Below are positions 28,383 to 42,430 of a stretch of 64,000 bases of DNA, piece by piece. The stretch covers positions 113,584,001-113,648,000 of the forward strand of contig OX597822.1 of NCBI GenBank assembly GCA_951406725.2. Direction: 5' to 3'. Both the position numbers and the translations under genes were made by a program. The notes beneath the pieces are model-generated. The model was not told where the DNA came from. It did no database searches and saw only the letters and a list, made by a program, of their open reading frames with translations. Source of the DNA: Octopus vulgaris. Its lineage: Eukaryota. Numbering within the stretch: position 1 is the stretch's first letter; each line of letters begins with the position of its first letter.

Positions 28383-29724
28383 CGTGTGTGTGAGTGTGTG
28401 TTACTGCATGTATGATGAAGCTAAATAGATTAGGCTTCTGCTTAAACACTTATTTTCTATAGATTAAGTGTTTACACAGAAACCTTATCTAGTCGCTCCA
28501 ATTGAACACTATAATAAATTGTAGATTTTTATAAATAATTCCACGTATGTAATTCAGTCCAATTAACGACTTGCGACAAACGTTTCAGGTGGTAAAATTG
28601 CTTTGTAGATATTTATTCAGAATTTTTTTTTTTTTTTTTTGTGCTTTAAAATCATTTGCGAAAATAATTTTATTGCAAATAAAATAAAGAACGTGTTTAA
28701 ATGACTACAAAGTTTCATCAAATTACAGGAAATATTGGAGAATATAATTTATTGCAAAACGGCATCACTGAATCCGAGACAAGTTTTCACAGGTTTATAT
28801 TCTTAGCAACTCAGCTGCAATATCAGGTGCTTTTGCATTTCAATATCAACTGATGATTTTCCGAAAATATATGTTTACCCAAATTTGCAGCTGGTTCCCC
28901 AGGAGAGCAATAATAGCTAAATCTTAATGATAACTCATTCTGAACACACCAAGACTTGACATGCTAATAGCATGGCTTTTACAGACCAATTTCTCTTTCC
29001 GCCACTATCTTCAAAATAAATAAGAAAAATAAAACAAGCGACTTATTATGGCTTCCCCATGTGTGAAGCGGTGTATTATGACATCTCTGCCAAAATAATT
29101 TCCTGTTTCCGAAATGTGAAAAAGTAAATATTTTCCTTTTGCACCGCTACATTCAACACCGTTCACATGGAATTGCGTTCCACTGCAGCTGCTGGTTCTT
29201 CGTCTATTCACTGACTTTCAGCAATTTGTATTAAATGTCAAAAAAACAAAAGCAGATTGATAATTTATTTGACGAACTGTGAGCCTCATATTCTGGTAAT
29301 CTTTTCATATCCAGTAAATAAACACGCTGATCATTAAAAAATTACGTAACGAAGTAAGTTCTTTTCATATCCAGTAAATAAACACGCTGATCTTTTCGTA
29401 TCGTGGATATTGTTTTGTTAATACAGTTGATTCTTCTTACTTGCAATATCTTCTAGAAAAAGATAACAAACGTTAAGGCCAGAAATGGAGGAAAATACAA
29501 TGACCAACAAGCACTGGTATTGTCAATGTGTATATCACCCCATTGATAACTCGTATTAATATCTAAAGCACTTAATAATTATAAATAAAGCTTTTTTGTG
29601 CAAAAATGATTCTGCCTTTAAAATACTGGCTTATCTATGCAGAACGTATAAACGAACAACTCGATTAGTTTCTCCAGTTGTTCACGCGCTCATCAAGGAA
29701 TATTTAAAGACAGTGACTTATAAT

Positions 29725-29938
29725 GCTTTCTACTTTAGGCACAAGGCCTCAAATTTGTGGGGAGGAGACTAGTCGATCACATCGACCCCAGTGTTTCACT
29801 GGTACTTATTTTATCGACCCCAAAAGGATGAAAGGCAAAGTTGACCTCGGCGGAAATCGAACTCTGAACGTAAAGACAGACGAAATACGGCTAAGCATTT
29901 CGCCCGGCGTGCTGACGTTTCTGCCAGCTCACCGCCTT
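29725..29938 (-). mobile_element. SINE family A, alternative tail
   Basis: Family A head and core with tail ..GAGGCCTTGTGCCTAAAGTAGAAAG. TSD ACAGTGACTTA at 29710 and 29939. Confidence 0.9.
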
Positions 29939-30309
29939 ACAGTGACTTACGAAAATGCAACGAGCATTTTCTTTTACTTATTTGCTTGTCATTACATTCA
30001 TCGGCGGCACATATTAAGTAAAGAACTGAGTCGACCTGTTTGTGAAAAAATCTTATGCTTACCTTTTATTTATGTACATTTTGCCTCACATGTATATTAC
30101 GTAACTTAGCCATGGATACGTTGTCACTGGCTCAATATGCCGTACCAATGAGTCAAATTCGTACCTTTAGTTCATCCCATTTTCCGTTAGTGAATTTAAA
30201 CTTGTCTGTCTTTTTCCTTCTCTTTATTTTTCTCTCTTTCCTGCTCTATAATAGTCTGGATAAACATTTCTCATAACCTTATAATGACCAGATTATATTT
30301 GTCGAGTTA

Positions 30310-30542
30310 AAGGCGGCGAGGTGGCAGAAACGTTAGCACGCCGGGCGAAATGCTTAGCAGTATTTCGTCTGCCGTTACGTTCTGAGTTCAAATTTCGCCG
30401 AGGTCGACTTTGCCTTTCATCCTTTCGGGGTCGATAAATTAAGTACCAGTTACGCACTGGGGTCGATATAATCGACTTAATACCTATGTCTGTCCTTGTT
30501 TGTCCCCTCTATGTTTAGCCCCTTGTGGGCAATAAAGAAATA
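30310..30542 (+). mobile_element. SINE family A monomer
   Basis: Full head, core and tail. TSD TATTTGTCGA(G/A)TTA. Confidence 0.9.
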
Positions 30543-31013
30543 TGTATTTGTCGAATTACTCTTCGTTCTTCAGAACGCAGTATTTTAATCCTATTATATG
30601 TTACGCTTATTAACCATTTAACGGTGGGAAATGGCTGCATGGATGTGTGTGCCGAACGGGCAAAGAACAATAAACAGCACTTTTTCTTAAGAATAATTTT
30701 TATACTTATTTTCACTTTAAATAAGTTCAAAAATCATATCTGTTAGTCTCCCGCACAATAAAATTTACACCAATTGATAAGGTTTAAACATATGCATGCA
30801 CATTATTGACAAATTCTTCACACGATATTTCGATACTTTGATAAAGGAAGGTAGAGAGAAGGAGTGAGAGTTTTGGAGGGATAAATTAAATATAGTTTTA
30901 GTTATTCTACAAACAGAAATTTTATATGTTATATATATATATATATATATATGATATTGATTTTGATTTTGATTTTTCCAGTTTCAGCTTGATTGTGGCC
31001 ATGCTGGGGCACC

Positions 31014-31070
<57 letters not shown>

Positions 31071-31307
31071 GTGTGTGTGATTGTGTATGAGAATATATTA
31101 ATAAAAAGAATTCCAACCTTGTCTGATTTTCACGTTTTATTTACAATCTTATAATGATATATTATAAGATAATATATTATAATTGAATAAAATAAAATGA
31201 AATAGTAGAATGTTAAATATTCATTCTGATTGAACTAGTACTTTCATGCATTGAATTCTGCAATCTTCGGGTTCATATAGTGTTGACAGTCATGCTTCAC
31301 AATTTTT

Positions 31308-31344
<37 letters not shown>

Positions 31345-31651
31345 ACCAGGGACAGCTGACGAATGGGAATTTTCCTTGTGTTGTTTGTCCTGTGTTCTGT
31401 TTTTTCGTTGTTAAAAAAGTCCGTTCCCTTGTTTTACGTTTTCGTTTCTCGTTGAGTTCTATGTCTATTTGTGGTGTCCTGTACTCACATATATATATTT
31501 ATATATGCATGTATATATACATGTAGATGTAGGTACGTACATATATGTATGTATGTATGCATATATTTTATTTATTACATTATTGTATGACTGAGCGCCC
31601 TCGCGTCGTTTCGTTTCGTTTCGTTTCGTTTCTTTCCTTTCTCCCAGTATG

Positions 31652-31719
<68 letters not shown>

Positions 31720-32602
31720 ATATATATATTTCTCTAATCTGTACCTACCCAATCCCCAACAGCCGAGAAACGTTGTAAAATATCTACCCAAGACGTGACG
31801 TTGTTTCCTCTGCAGCTGCGAATACAATCCATCTTGAACATTGGTGAACCTGAGTTGTAGGCGACCACCACTGGGAAAAAGTGGCTTTTAGTCCAGTAAT
31901 GCAATTAATCCCTTTTTGCCTTAGTTAGTAACCATCTACCCGTATCCTTGACAGAATGCACCAAATGTTCTTCAAATATCCATTTCCGAACATATTTAAT
32001 CATGCATGATTCCCTCTGCACTCATTATATTGTGCGATTCCAGTCAGACACCAAACAGATACACCACACCAGACCGCCTCACATATTTAAAAGATCGAAG
32101 TTACTCCACTTTTGAGAAAACTCTCCACTGCAACAAATATGCTTCACTCTCATTCATCTGAAGAAGCTAATTAAGGAACCAAACCTATCCTTCTATGTTT
32201 TGTCCCTGTCGTGGACAACTCATACACTTTTATGTATTTTTCATAATTTCAAAAGAAAATATCGATGATATCTTCCATTATCTCCGTGTGAAAAATTGCT
32301 AAGCTGTTTCACTCCTGTACTAAAATTAGTTGGATATTCTCTATGTGAGCAAATAATGTAGATTTTTTAAACCTCATTTTTTGCTACTGGGAATAGTGTT
32401 AATGTTCATAAATAAAAAAAAAACGCATTAATGAACATAGCCCAAGTGAATATCTCACCCACGTCCGTTTTGTTGAGCTAGCATAATTTAACCTTTGTTA
32501 GAAACCTAAATTTAGCATTTTTCTAATTCCAACTAGTCTGAAAATTGGTTTCTATACCTAATGTATGCATATTAGCACACGAACTTTTGTTTTGGTTCTG
32601 TT

Positions 32603-32821
32603 ATATATATAACGGGAAGCTTTATGAAAACAAACAAAAGACGAAGGCAGGTGGAGTACAAACAAACAATTGTATTAGTATGGCGCTCAGGAATATAAAT
32701 AAAACAAGTCTTTTGCGTTTCGAGCCTACGCTCTTCAACAGAAAGATACACAGAAAAGAAACACAGAGAGAAACAAGGAGAGAAAAAACTGCGTGCAGAA
32801 GCTAGCGAATCAACATGGCGA

Positions 32822-32822
<1 letters not shown>
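32603..32822 (-). mobile_element. PLE pseudo-LTR-like unit with a hammerhead-like motif
   Basis: Minus strand TCTTT-CTGTTGA-A-GAGC-GTAG-GCTC-GAAA-CGCA-AAAGA (32708-32746). TA flanks. Homologous to 15765. Confidence 0.6.
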
Positions 32823-32859
<37 letters not shown>

Positions 32860-33965
32860 TTTGGCTGAGATTGAAACTGGCTCCTGATTCTCTTAATCAT
32901 TCATTTGTTATTAGTTTCATGAATCTGTACAACAACGTGTTATGTATGAGTGAACACTGTATGTTATGTATGAATATTTCTAAACTGCAGAAGACATTTT
33001 CTGTTCGATTCTAGTTGACCAATTATTAAGAAGAAATAAATTCTAAAACTTCAACTTTTGAGACTACAAATCGAAGAGAGGGATGTTTTAGTACCTTAAA
33101 ACGACCCCAAGGAATGTGTTGATGGTTACAAAATAAAAATTAAAATTAAAGCACGAACATTAAAGGTAATTGTATAAATGCTAAACGTGTCGAAATAATT
33201 AAAGTAAATTGGTAATTACATCACCATGCTAATGAAATAATGTAGCTCTTATTCCCACTAAACTTTCATTTTATATTTACACCACATATGTTTGGATAGA
33301 GCGGTATCATTTTTCTAGTTTGGGTTGCAAAAAGTGTGTATGGGGTGGTTGTATCGTGATTTAAAATAGTTTGTTGTAGACCCTATACATGTAACTTCAG
33401 TAGTTGGAGTAGTATTCGTGGTTAAGTTTGCACTATAGACAATATTGCTTGAGTGACAATTTTCTAAAATAAGTCCACACACCTACAAGAAACATGCACA
33501 TACGTTTATGCAAGTAAAATAGAGGAATGATCTGGTTTAGAATCTCTTTCTCATTTTTTACAATACCCACTTTTTGCATATTTTAGTAAGTACAAATAAC
33601 ATATTATTTTATATTCGGCTTGAAACCGAATATAAGAAACATTTATTTTAAAATAACAGGTTACAAACGTCTCCTTAAATACATGGATTCCTCTTCAAAT
33701 CATCTTGAGCCACCCTGTCATTCATTTCATGATTTCGACTAAGGTAATATTGAGCGTGCATGCATGATAATTTTCTCATCGATTCCTAACATGGACATAC
33801 AATTTCATCCGATGTCATGCGAGTAGAATTATGTTGTTATATTTTATATTTCATATTGTACCGATATATGTATATTCACATATATTTTTATGAAGTAATC
33901 CGGTGTTGAGATGTATTCTGACGAAATGAATTATGGCTCCTGAAATCTCTTCTCTTTATTAATTG

Positions 33966-34074
<109 letters not shown>

Positions 34075-34691
34075 ATATATATACATATATACATACACAC
34101 ACAAATATACCTCTCATATGGACGCATTGTGCACAAATCAGTTATAATTATATCATTGGCAGACGATGCACACACATATATTTATGTATATATAGGTGCA
34201 GGCGTGAATAAATGGTAAAAAATTTGCTTGTGTGTGTTTTTGTGTATGTCTTATACTGCATAAGGATAAAAACATCATTGAAAAAATACGATGTTCTGGG
34301 ACTGAAATTACGTATTTGATTCATTGGGAACTTACGACGCTGTTGTTCAAAAACTGCAATATGCAATCAAAATAGATAAAGAATTATACAATTGTAGTGT
34401 AATCGCATTAAGCGGTAATTCTTTTGTCTGCTTTTGAGCAATAGAAATTTAAAAAGCAATATACTTATTTTCATAAGAACAAATCATCTAAACACGTGAT
34501 CTTGCAAGTATAAAGCGACGGTAGAAATGTTTCCATAACTTTTTCGAAAATAATTAAGTCCTCCATCGTTTTCTAGGAAATTATACAAGTACCACAAAGA
34601 TAGATTATTCAAGATTTCTAGGAATCCAGCCCAATCAAGCTCGGTAACATTATATCAATGGTTATGTGTATGTGTGTATATATGTGCATAT

Positions 34692-34758
<67 letters not shown>

Positions 34759-34849
34759 TATATGTATATATACAATATATATGTACATATACGTACATAC
34801 ATATATATATATTTATATATAAATATACGTATACACACACACACACACT

Positions 34850-34899
<50 letters not shown>

Positions 34900-34927
34900 C
34901 ATGTATATATGCATGTATGTATGTATG

Positions 34928-34961
<34 letters not shown>

Positions 34962-36263
34962 TGTATGTATGTATGTATATAGCAGTAGTAATTTTATAGC
35001 AGAGGTTCAAAACGAGACGTTTCTGCTGAAAACGCCCTCCCTTTTGATCTTGTAAAACTCATCAAGGTTTCCCCAACAGCACATTTCGCTTATCATTTGC
35101 GATTGGTGGCATTTTTTTTTTTTTTTTTTCCTTTTCCAACTCACTTTAAATTATCTGAAACACCCGTCGATGGGCGTTACTGCTCCCTTTGAAAAACAAC
35201 TACTTTATACAATAATTGCTGTTCAATATTTATCATTATATTAAGATGGTTAATTAAGTCTATGATATTTTGATATCACTTCATAACTAAGTATATACAT
35301 GATTGTAGTATATTAGTTAAGTGGGTGGTTAGTCAAGTGACAAAACCCCCGCTAAGTCTTCTTTTTTTTAATAACAGTTTTTGTAATAACAACTTGGTTT
35401 CATTCAATTACACCATTAACTACATTACTCAACGTGGCAAGATCACGTGTGTTTAATATGCAGTCATTTTCAACCTGCATTCAGTTTCTCGCTTTTACAC
35501 GGCCTCTTTCCTATTAATATTTTTTGGGGTTTTTTTGGATTTGCTAACTTTCTTTAAGTATAGATGAGTAGCGATAACAACATCCCCTTCTGTCTAGGTA
35601 ATTGTTTCTTGCCGTTTTGGCGCCTTTGAAATAGGAATGAGAAGGAGATGGACGAAGAACGATAGAAAAATTGAAATGAGATAAGTGAAGGCTGTTATTG
35701 TGAAAGAGAGCAGCATCATGAAGGAGGTGAGATACATTAGGTCGGCTGTGAGATAACAACAGTTGGACTGGTTCTCTCCACAGGAGTCAATATAAAACAT
35801 TTTGTCAAACAAACAAAAAAACCTAATGGAACGTCACAAATTTTTATTTCATATTATCCCTGAACATCCTGGTATTATCTTCTTCCTTTATCTTTGAAAG
35901 AAGCGAAAATAAAAAAGAAACACATTACGTTTCTTAATCATATATCCGGTTGTTGATCTACTATTTTCTGGCGTTTCCTTAATAGGGAATTTCATTCAAA
36001 TTGCCATCATTTCATTAGACACTGTCATCAGTCTTTTTCTCTTCCTCATTACATTTTAGTCTCCCCTTTCTTTTGTCTTTCATCCTCATAACAATTTATT
36101 ACTGACACTATTCTTCACTCAGCTTTCGCAAAATCTTAAGACTTGACCTTATTCCTTATCTCAATGATGTGTGTCTATGAATATAACCATTTGCATAGCA
36201 TCATATTTATATATATATGCATATATGCGTATATATACACACACACATGCACGCACACGCACA

Positions 36264-36328
<65 letters not shown>

Positions 36329-36724
36329 TTACGTGTGTTTGTGCGAGAGTCTGCGTATGTGTGTGTGAAGGCGTGAAATCCATTAATTACGTTTCCTACG
36401 CTGACGCAAACAACCGCCCACACATAAATGAAGTTCCATCAACGCACAAACAAAATAAGATTAGATAACTGTAAACTACATATGGTATTCTTTTGGTCTT
36501 GGACAGCAGCACGGCTTTCAATAAATTTTCTGTCGATCGAATCGACCTCCAATACGTATTCTATCAGTGTCTTTTTTTGCTGAACTGTTTCATTCAAGGA
36601 CGCAAACAAACATACACTGATTGTCAAGCGGTAACGACAAAGTAAGGCACGCACACGGACAGACGCAGTCCCAGCATATGGCAATAATCTTAACCGTACA
36701 GCTTTCTTTGTGCTTTCAAATACC

Positions 36725-37568
36725 TGTAGTAAGAGACTTGCTTCCCAACCACATGGTTCCGGGTCCAGTTCCACTACATGGCTCCGGGTCCAGTCCCATT
36801 ACATGACATTTTGGGCGAGTGTTTTCTACTATAGTCTCGGGCCGACCAAAGCCTTGTGAGAGGATTTGGTAGAAGGAAACTGAAAGAAGGCTGTCATATA
36901 TTTATAGTTATGCATACATCTATGTGTGTTTGTCTTTGTGTCTGTGTTTATACCCCCATCACCGCTTGACAACCGGTGTTGGTGTATTTAGGTCCCTGTA
37001 AATTAACGGTTCGGCAAAAGAGAACAATAGTATAAGTGCTAGGCTTTAAAAATTAATCCCTGGGGTCGGTTTGTTCGAGTAAAAACTCTTCAAAGCGGTA
37101 CTCCAGCATGGCCGCAGTCAAATGACTGGAACAAGAAACAGAATAAAAGAATAAAAGAGTGACTGTGTGGTAAGAAACTTGCTTCCCAACCACATGGTTC
37201 CAGGTTAGTCCTGCTGCATGGTACCTTGTGTATGTGTCTTCTACTATTGCCTCGGGCCGATTAAAGCATTGTGAGTGGATTTGGTAGATGGAAACTGAAA
37301 GAATCCCGTCGTATATATATGTGTGTGTGTATTTATGTGTGTGTGTCTTTGTATCTGTGTTTGCCCCCCCCACAACCGCTTGACAACCGGTGTTGATGTG
37401 TTTACGTCCCCCGTAACTTAGCGTTTCGGCAAAAGAAACCGATATAATAAGTACTGGGGTTAAAAAATAAGTACTGGGGTCGATTCATTCGACTAAAAAT
37501 TCAAGGCAGTGCCCCAGCATGGCTACAGTCTAATGATTGAAATAAGTAAAAGATAAACGATAAAAGAT
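36725..37568 (+). mobile_element. Two tandem SINE family B copies
   Basis: Copies at ~36725-37150 and ~37155-37568, each matching 63244-63667. Confidence 0.85.
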
Positions 37569-37769
37569 ATATATTTATATATATCATTCAACCACAGTAG
37601 TGATTGAATAATATTCTTAAGGTTGACGTTTACTCACCCGCAGCCTCTTCAAAGCTTTGTCAATAACTTATTTCCTAACTAAATTCAAAACTGTTTACAG
37701 TTCTATAATAGTCACCTCCCAAGCTAATAAAATTTGGTTCAAGGGAAAAAAAGTTACGTTAAAATATGT

Positions 37770-38165
37770 GAGGTCCAGATGGGGAGAGTAAGGCGAAAAA
37801 TCGACTTTGAATAAAAGTAACTTTTTTATTTTAAAAGCAAACTATATTTAAGCTTAAATGACAGAACGAAGCGAGAGGAATCTAAAAATGTCAATTTTAT
37901 CAAAAGAATCTTTAATATAAAGAAGTTGTGAAGTCAAAAGTGCCGAAAAAAGTAAGTAACGTCTCGAATCGACTTTAACTTCAAAAATTTTAATTTTCTT
38001 AATTTCGAAGCTATCTATATTTTATTTAAGCCCAAATGATAAATCAAAACGAGAGGAAACTAAAAATGCTAAATTCATGCAATGAAATTTTGTAGAAAAA
38101 AGTGTGAGGTAAAAAGTGACAAAAACAAGTGGTGCTAGGTCTTGTGCTTAGCATCACTTATTTGT
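37770..38165. repeat. Diverged ~170-bp tandem duplication ending in a hairpin; probable non-autonomous DNA or rolling-circle element
   Basis: AATCGACTTT..CGAGAGGAA.CTAAAAATG..AAAAGTG occurs twice. Hairpin AAGTGGTGCTA..TAGCATCACTT at 38127-38159. Confidence 0.4.
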
Positions 38166-39551
38166 TTGGGGATTATATAAACTATATATCTATAAATTAT
38201 TATAATATATAATATATACACAGTTGTCTCCTTTTCTCTTTTAACTTTATTTTTAATCTTCACTCTCCTTTTTTCTTTAATCGAGATATCTTACTGTATA
38301 TATATATATTCATATTTCTACTCTTAATACATCAAAATTAAGTAAAAAAAATATTACATCTAGTCTTTATTTGCAGAAATGAGATTTAATTTCGTTTCTG
38401 AATCAATTTTCTGAATTTAAGTATATAAAAATTTCTTAAAATTTAATTTGAAACCTTCTCCTAATCAAAACAGCTCATTTCTGTTTGACAATTAGTATAT
38501 TTCGTATTATCTTAATTATAAAATATATAACCCACAAAATTTTCAAATTTTAAAAACAAAAAGAAATAAAATAAAAACAAGGAAGGGCGCACTTGTGTTT
38601 AAAAAAAAAATGTACGAATGGTTTGAATCAAATAGGTGTATTTTATTTTTCTTCTTTTTGCTTCTTTTAGTTACTGATTAATGATTGACTACTTAATTAA
38701 ACTTACAATTATAATTCCCGTAACTGACTTTTTAGTTTGAATGACTGTTTGATTGACTAATATATTGATTGTTTATATCTTGCATTTAGGTAGTTAAAAT
38801 CAATATTTCGCATTTCCAGCGCAGCAACTTGCGTTTTTTGACTACTACAATGAAAAAAATTGCAGATTCACCAATCCCCGATTTTTAGCCTTTTTTTTTT
38901 TTACATAATCTAACAAACTAACACTTGTTTACCACTTATTTAATATGTTGGCAATCAAGCACTGCTTGAAGTCCAACGTCAAGTTGTAAATACGCACCAC
39001 CTTTCTAGCATAAATCAATTTCTATTAATTTATTTTAATAATTTTCTCTACAAAGGTGCCCTGCCATGAGAGCATGGTCCACGTGCCGTAAGATGGATGC
39101 ATTCGCTCATTTTCTAATCTTAGTTACAATTTTCAATTTTGTCATGAGCCAGTGTAACTAAAATTCTCTAACAATTCATTTTTATTTATTTAGATTAATA
39201 CTTATTCTGCTTTTAATTCAATCATCAAACATGAAAAATAATTTTTTTTAAATTATTTAACAAAAGTATTAAATAAAAAGAAAATTTTTTAATCAAGTAA
39301 AATTATAAATTATTGATTGTCACTATTTATTAGTCTAATTGCATTGCCTGGAAAAAAAGCGGATTACATTGAAAAATGCGGACACATGGAGGTTAATATT
39401 CTTAAGAAAATTACAGGACAAGTTATAACACCTTGAAAAGTACAGGACAAGTATATTTATACTCAAAATATTGCAGCTATAGTTAAATTTTTAAAATATA
39501 GTACCGCTAAATATTTCGCCCGGTGTGCTAAAAATTCTGCCAGCTCGCGCT

Positions 39552-39628
<77 letters not shown>

Positions 39629-40367
39629 CACATGTAATGAAAAGAAATATAACAAGTAACTGCAGAATATGTGGAGATGGACAAGAAACAATAAATCATA
39701 TTATCTCTAGCTGCCCAGTCCTGGCTAAGAAGGAATATATTCACAGACATGACAGTCCTGGCTAAGAAGGAATATATTCACAGACATGACAGAGTTGGAA
39801 CCTACATACATTGGAAGCTATGCCAACATTATGGAATAACAACAGAAAAAAGATGGTATAGGCACACACCAGAAAAGGTCACAGAAAACGAGAAAGCAAC
39901 CATACTCTGTGATATGCCGATACACACAGATAGAGAAATTAAGGCCAACAGACCAGATATAGTTGTCAGAGATCATGAAGGGGGAAAAAATGCTTTCTAA
40001 TTGATGTATCAATACCGGCAGATGACAACGTGTCTCTAAAAGAAATGGAGAAACTCTCAAAATACAAAGACCTGGAAATAGAGGTAACTAGAATGTGGAA
40101 CCTGAAAACAGAAACAATTCCTATCATAGTAGGCGCATTAGGCATGATAAAAAAATATTCAGACAAATACATAACAAAAACACCAGGACTTACAAACACA
40201 TATAACATACAGAAAATTGCACTACTAGGCACTGCACACATCCTACGCAGAACACTTTCCATACAATAACCATCAGAGCATCACAACAAATCACAGCACA
40301 TACCCAAGGCACACAGAGCTGCGCTCGGTAGTGAAGTGAAAGCACGCTATAAAAATAAAACTACTGA
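39629..40367 (+). mobile_element. R4/Dong-clade non-LTR retrotransposon 3' end (CCHC knuckle, restriction-like endonuclease, 3' UTR) in (TAA)n
   Basis: CRICGDGQETINHIISSC..YIHRHDRV..NRPDIVV..LIDVSIP..EKLSKYKDL..PIIVGALG. A 37-bp internal duplication (39716-39792) and a frameshift disrupt it. Long (AAT)n on both sides. Confidence 0.9.
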
Positions 40368-40376
40368 ATAATAATG

Positions 40377-40453
<77 letters not shown>

Positions 40454-40466
40454 AATGATAATAATG

Positions 40467-40513
<47 letters not shown>

Positions 40514-40514
40514 G

Positions 40515-40609
<95 letters not shown>

Positions 40610-40610
<1 letters not shown>

Positions 40611-41435
40611 TGTTTGGAATAACAAAAAAAAATGGAAAAAATGCTTAATGAAAGCATGAAATATTGGAATACTGAATTGATAGGAGGAAAACAAAAACTT
40701 GGAAAAGTGAACATTAGATGTGTAATATTCCCAGAGAATATTGGCCAGGACACCACTCACTATGATACTACGAAAAGTTAAAATTGTTTGTGATTTTGGA
40801 AAAGGAAATTGTCAGATAAATCATCTCCTTTTCATGGATGATATAAAGGTTTATGCGAAAAGTGAGAAACAGCTTGGAAGTCTTGTCCACACTATCCGCA
40901 TTGACGTTGGTATGGAAATTGGGATACAAAAGTACGTTATACTGAAAATGAAACGAGGAAGATTTGAAGAAAGGCAAGGAATTGAAATGGCAAATGGGCA
41001 AGCAATGAGAGCGGTTGAGAAAAGACAGTGGTGTAAGTACTTGGGAATACTGGAAGCAGAGGAGATAAAAAAAAAAAAAGAAATGAAAAACAAAATACTA
41101 GTAGGGAGTACACAAGGAGAGTAAGAAAATTATTATAGTCAAAGCTGAATTCCAAAAATCTTATTGAAGCGATACATTCAAGAGTAGTACCCTTAATCAG
41201 ATAACCAACGCATTACACACTCAACATATAATAAAAGAAGTAACACAGCAAAAGACTGCACCACACCTCAAGAGAGAAAAAAAACTGACGCAGAACAATA
41301 CCGGGCAGAGTTTGCACACTCTCAACAACAGAAAAGAACACACAACGCTGCACACATCCCAGCAACACGGAGATGTAGCAGGTGATGCATTATAAATTTG
41401 CCTGAAACTACCAAATGTTGAACAATAATAATAAT
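40610..41435 (+). pseudogene. Second R4/Dong-like fragment (RT domain), with a probable 3' UTR and (AAT)n
   Basis: INHLLFMDDIKVYAKSE..DVGMEIG..KYLGILE. Confidence 0.8.
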
Positions 41436-41516
41436 CTGTGTGTATACATGCATAAATACATATGAACATATGTACATACATGCATACATAGACAGAAAGA
41501 GAATATTTATTAAATT

Positions 41517-41881
41517 TTTATATATAAAGCTGAAGTTGTCTGTGTGTGTGTGACAGGTTTGGTAGCCTTCAACTAACATTATCTTCTCCGAGACCCTGCG
41601 GCGCAAGTTGACCAAAATTGAGAGTATGATAGAAGAAGGCTTGCTCTTCATTTCGTAGAAGAAAACTTCAAATCGGACCATTTTAACACCAAAAATTATT
41701 TACATCAAAAAGGTGCTTTTTTTCTATGAAAATCCCTATTTTTTATGATTTTTTTACTGCTGTGTCGCCATTTTTCGGTGTATTTCAACTGGAAAAATGT
41801 TCACTTAAAGAGAATAACAAGCTACATAATGCAAAATGTTTACTTTTCAAACATTCCAATTCTGAAGGGCTATACTGCTAG
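41517..41881 (+). mobile_element. Non-autonomous Helitron-like element
   Basis: 5' TATATATAAAGCTGAAGTTGTCTG start and 3' CTAG|T end. No subterminal hairpin evident. Confidence 0.5.
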
Positions 41882-42089
41882 TATAATAATTTAAAACAGA
41901 CATTGACTAATTGTATCAATAGTCGAAGACAGATTAGCATTAATATGTGGTCATACGTTTTGCTATTACATCCGTTAGTCTTCTTTCTACCAGTCAAGTA
42001 TGTTTTATTATTACAGACATTAGTCTCATCTCTTTCGCATATGTTTTACTTTCTATTGCGCCCGTTAGTCTCATCTCTTATCCTCATTC

Positions 42090-42430
42090 CAGATCACCGC
42101 ACAGACTTTGCAAGTATTTCTTACCTCTTGACATAATCCGTTATTGTCACCCAAAACTAAAGAATATTAAGGAAACGAAGGACATTAAAGGAAGTTCTAA
42201 GGAAGTCTCCGACATCATTTACAACTAGAATCTCTTAACTAAACTGCCCATTTATGAGTTCTATGGATTTGACATTTCTCTGATCAAAAGTCTCCTACCA
42301 GACTGTATCGTCACAGAATTTTTCAACTGTATTCTCTCAAACCCTGTTTTTATCAACACTGGTGTAGCGCTGGGACTGGTCATGTCCTCTACACGTTTTC
42401 TTTGTATACTAACGATCTGGTAATTGTTAT
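42090..42430 (+). pseudogene. Degenerate LINE (CR1/L2 group) RT fragment
   Basis: SNPVFINTGVALGLVMSSTRF..YTNDL resembles GVPQGSVLSP.LF..Y.ND. Confidence 0.5.

Noticed and set aside
33918-33950. CTGACGA...GAAA hammerhead-like string
   Set aside because: No convincing helix I or helix II pairing.
37637-37725. Minus-strand exon candidate ending CGG|GTGAGT
   Set aside because: Stops in all three frames and a weak acceptor; a non-coding exon cannot be supported from sequence alone.
39055-39086. Plus-strand 32-nt exon candidate (aag|GTGCCC..GCC|gtaaga)
   Set aside because: AAG acceptor, not frame-preserving, and no partner exons found.
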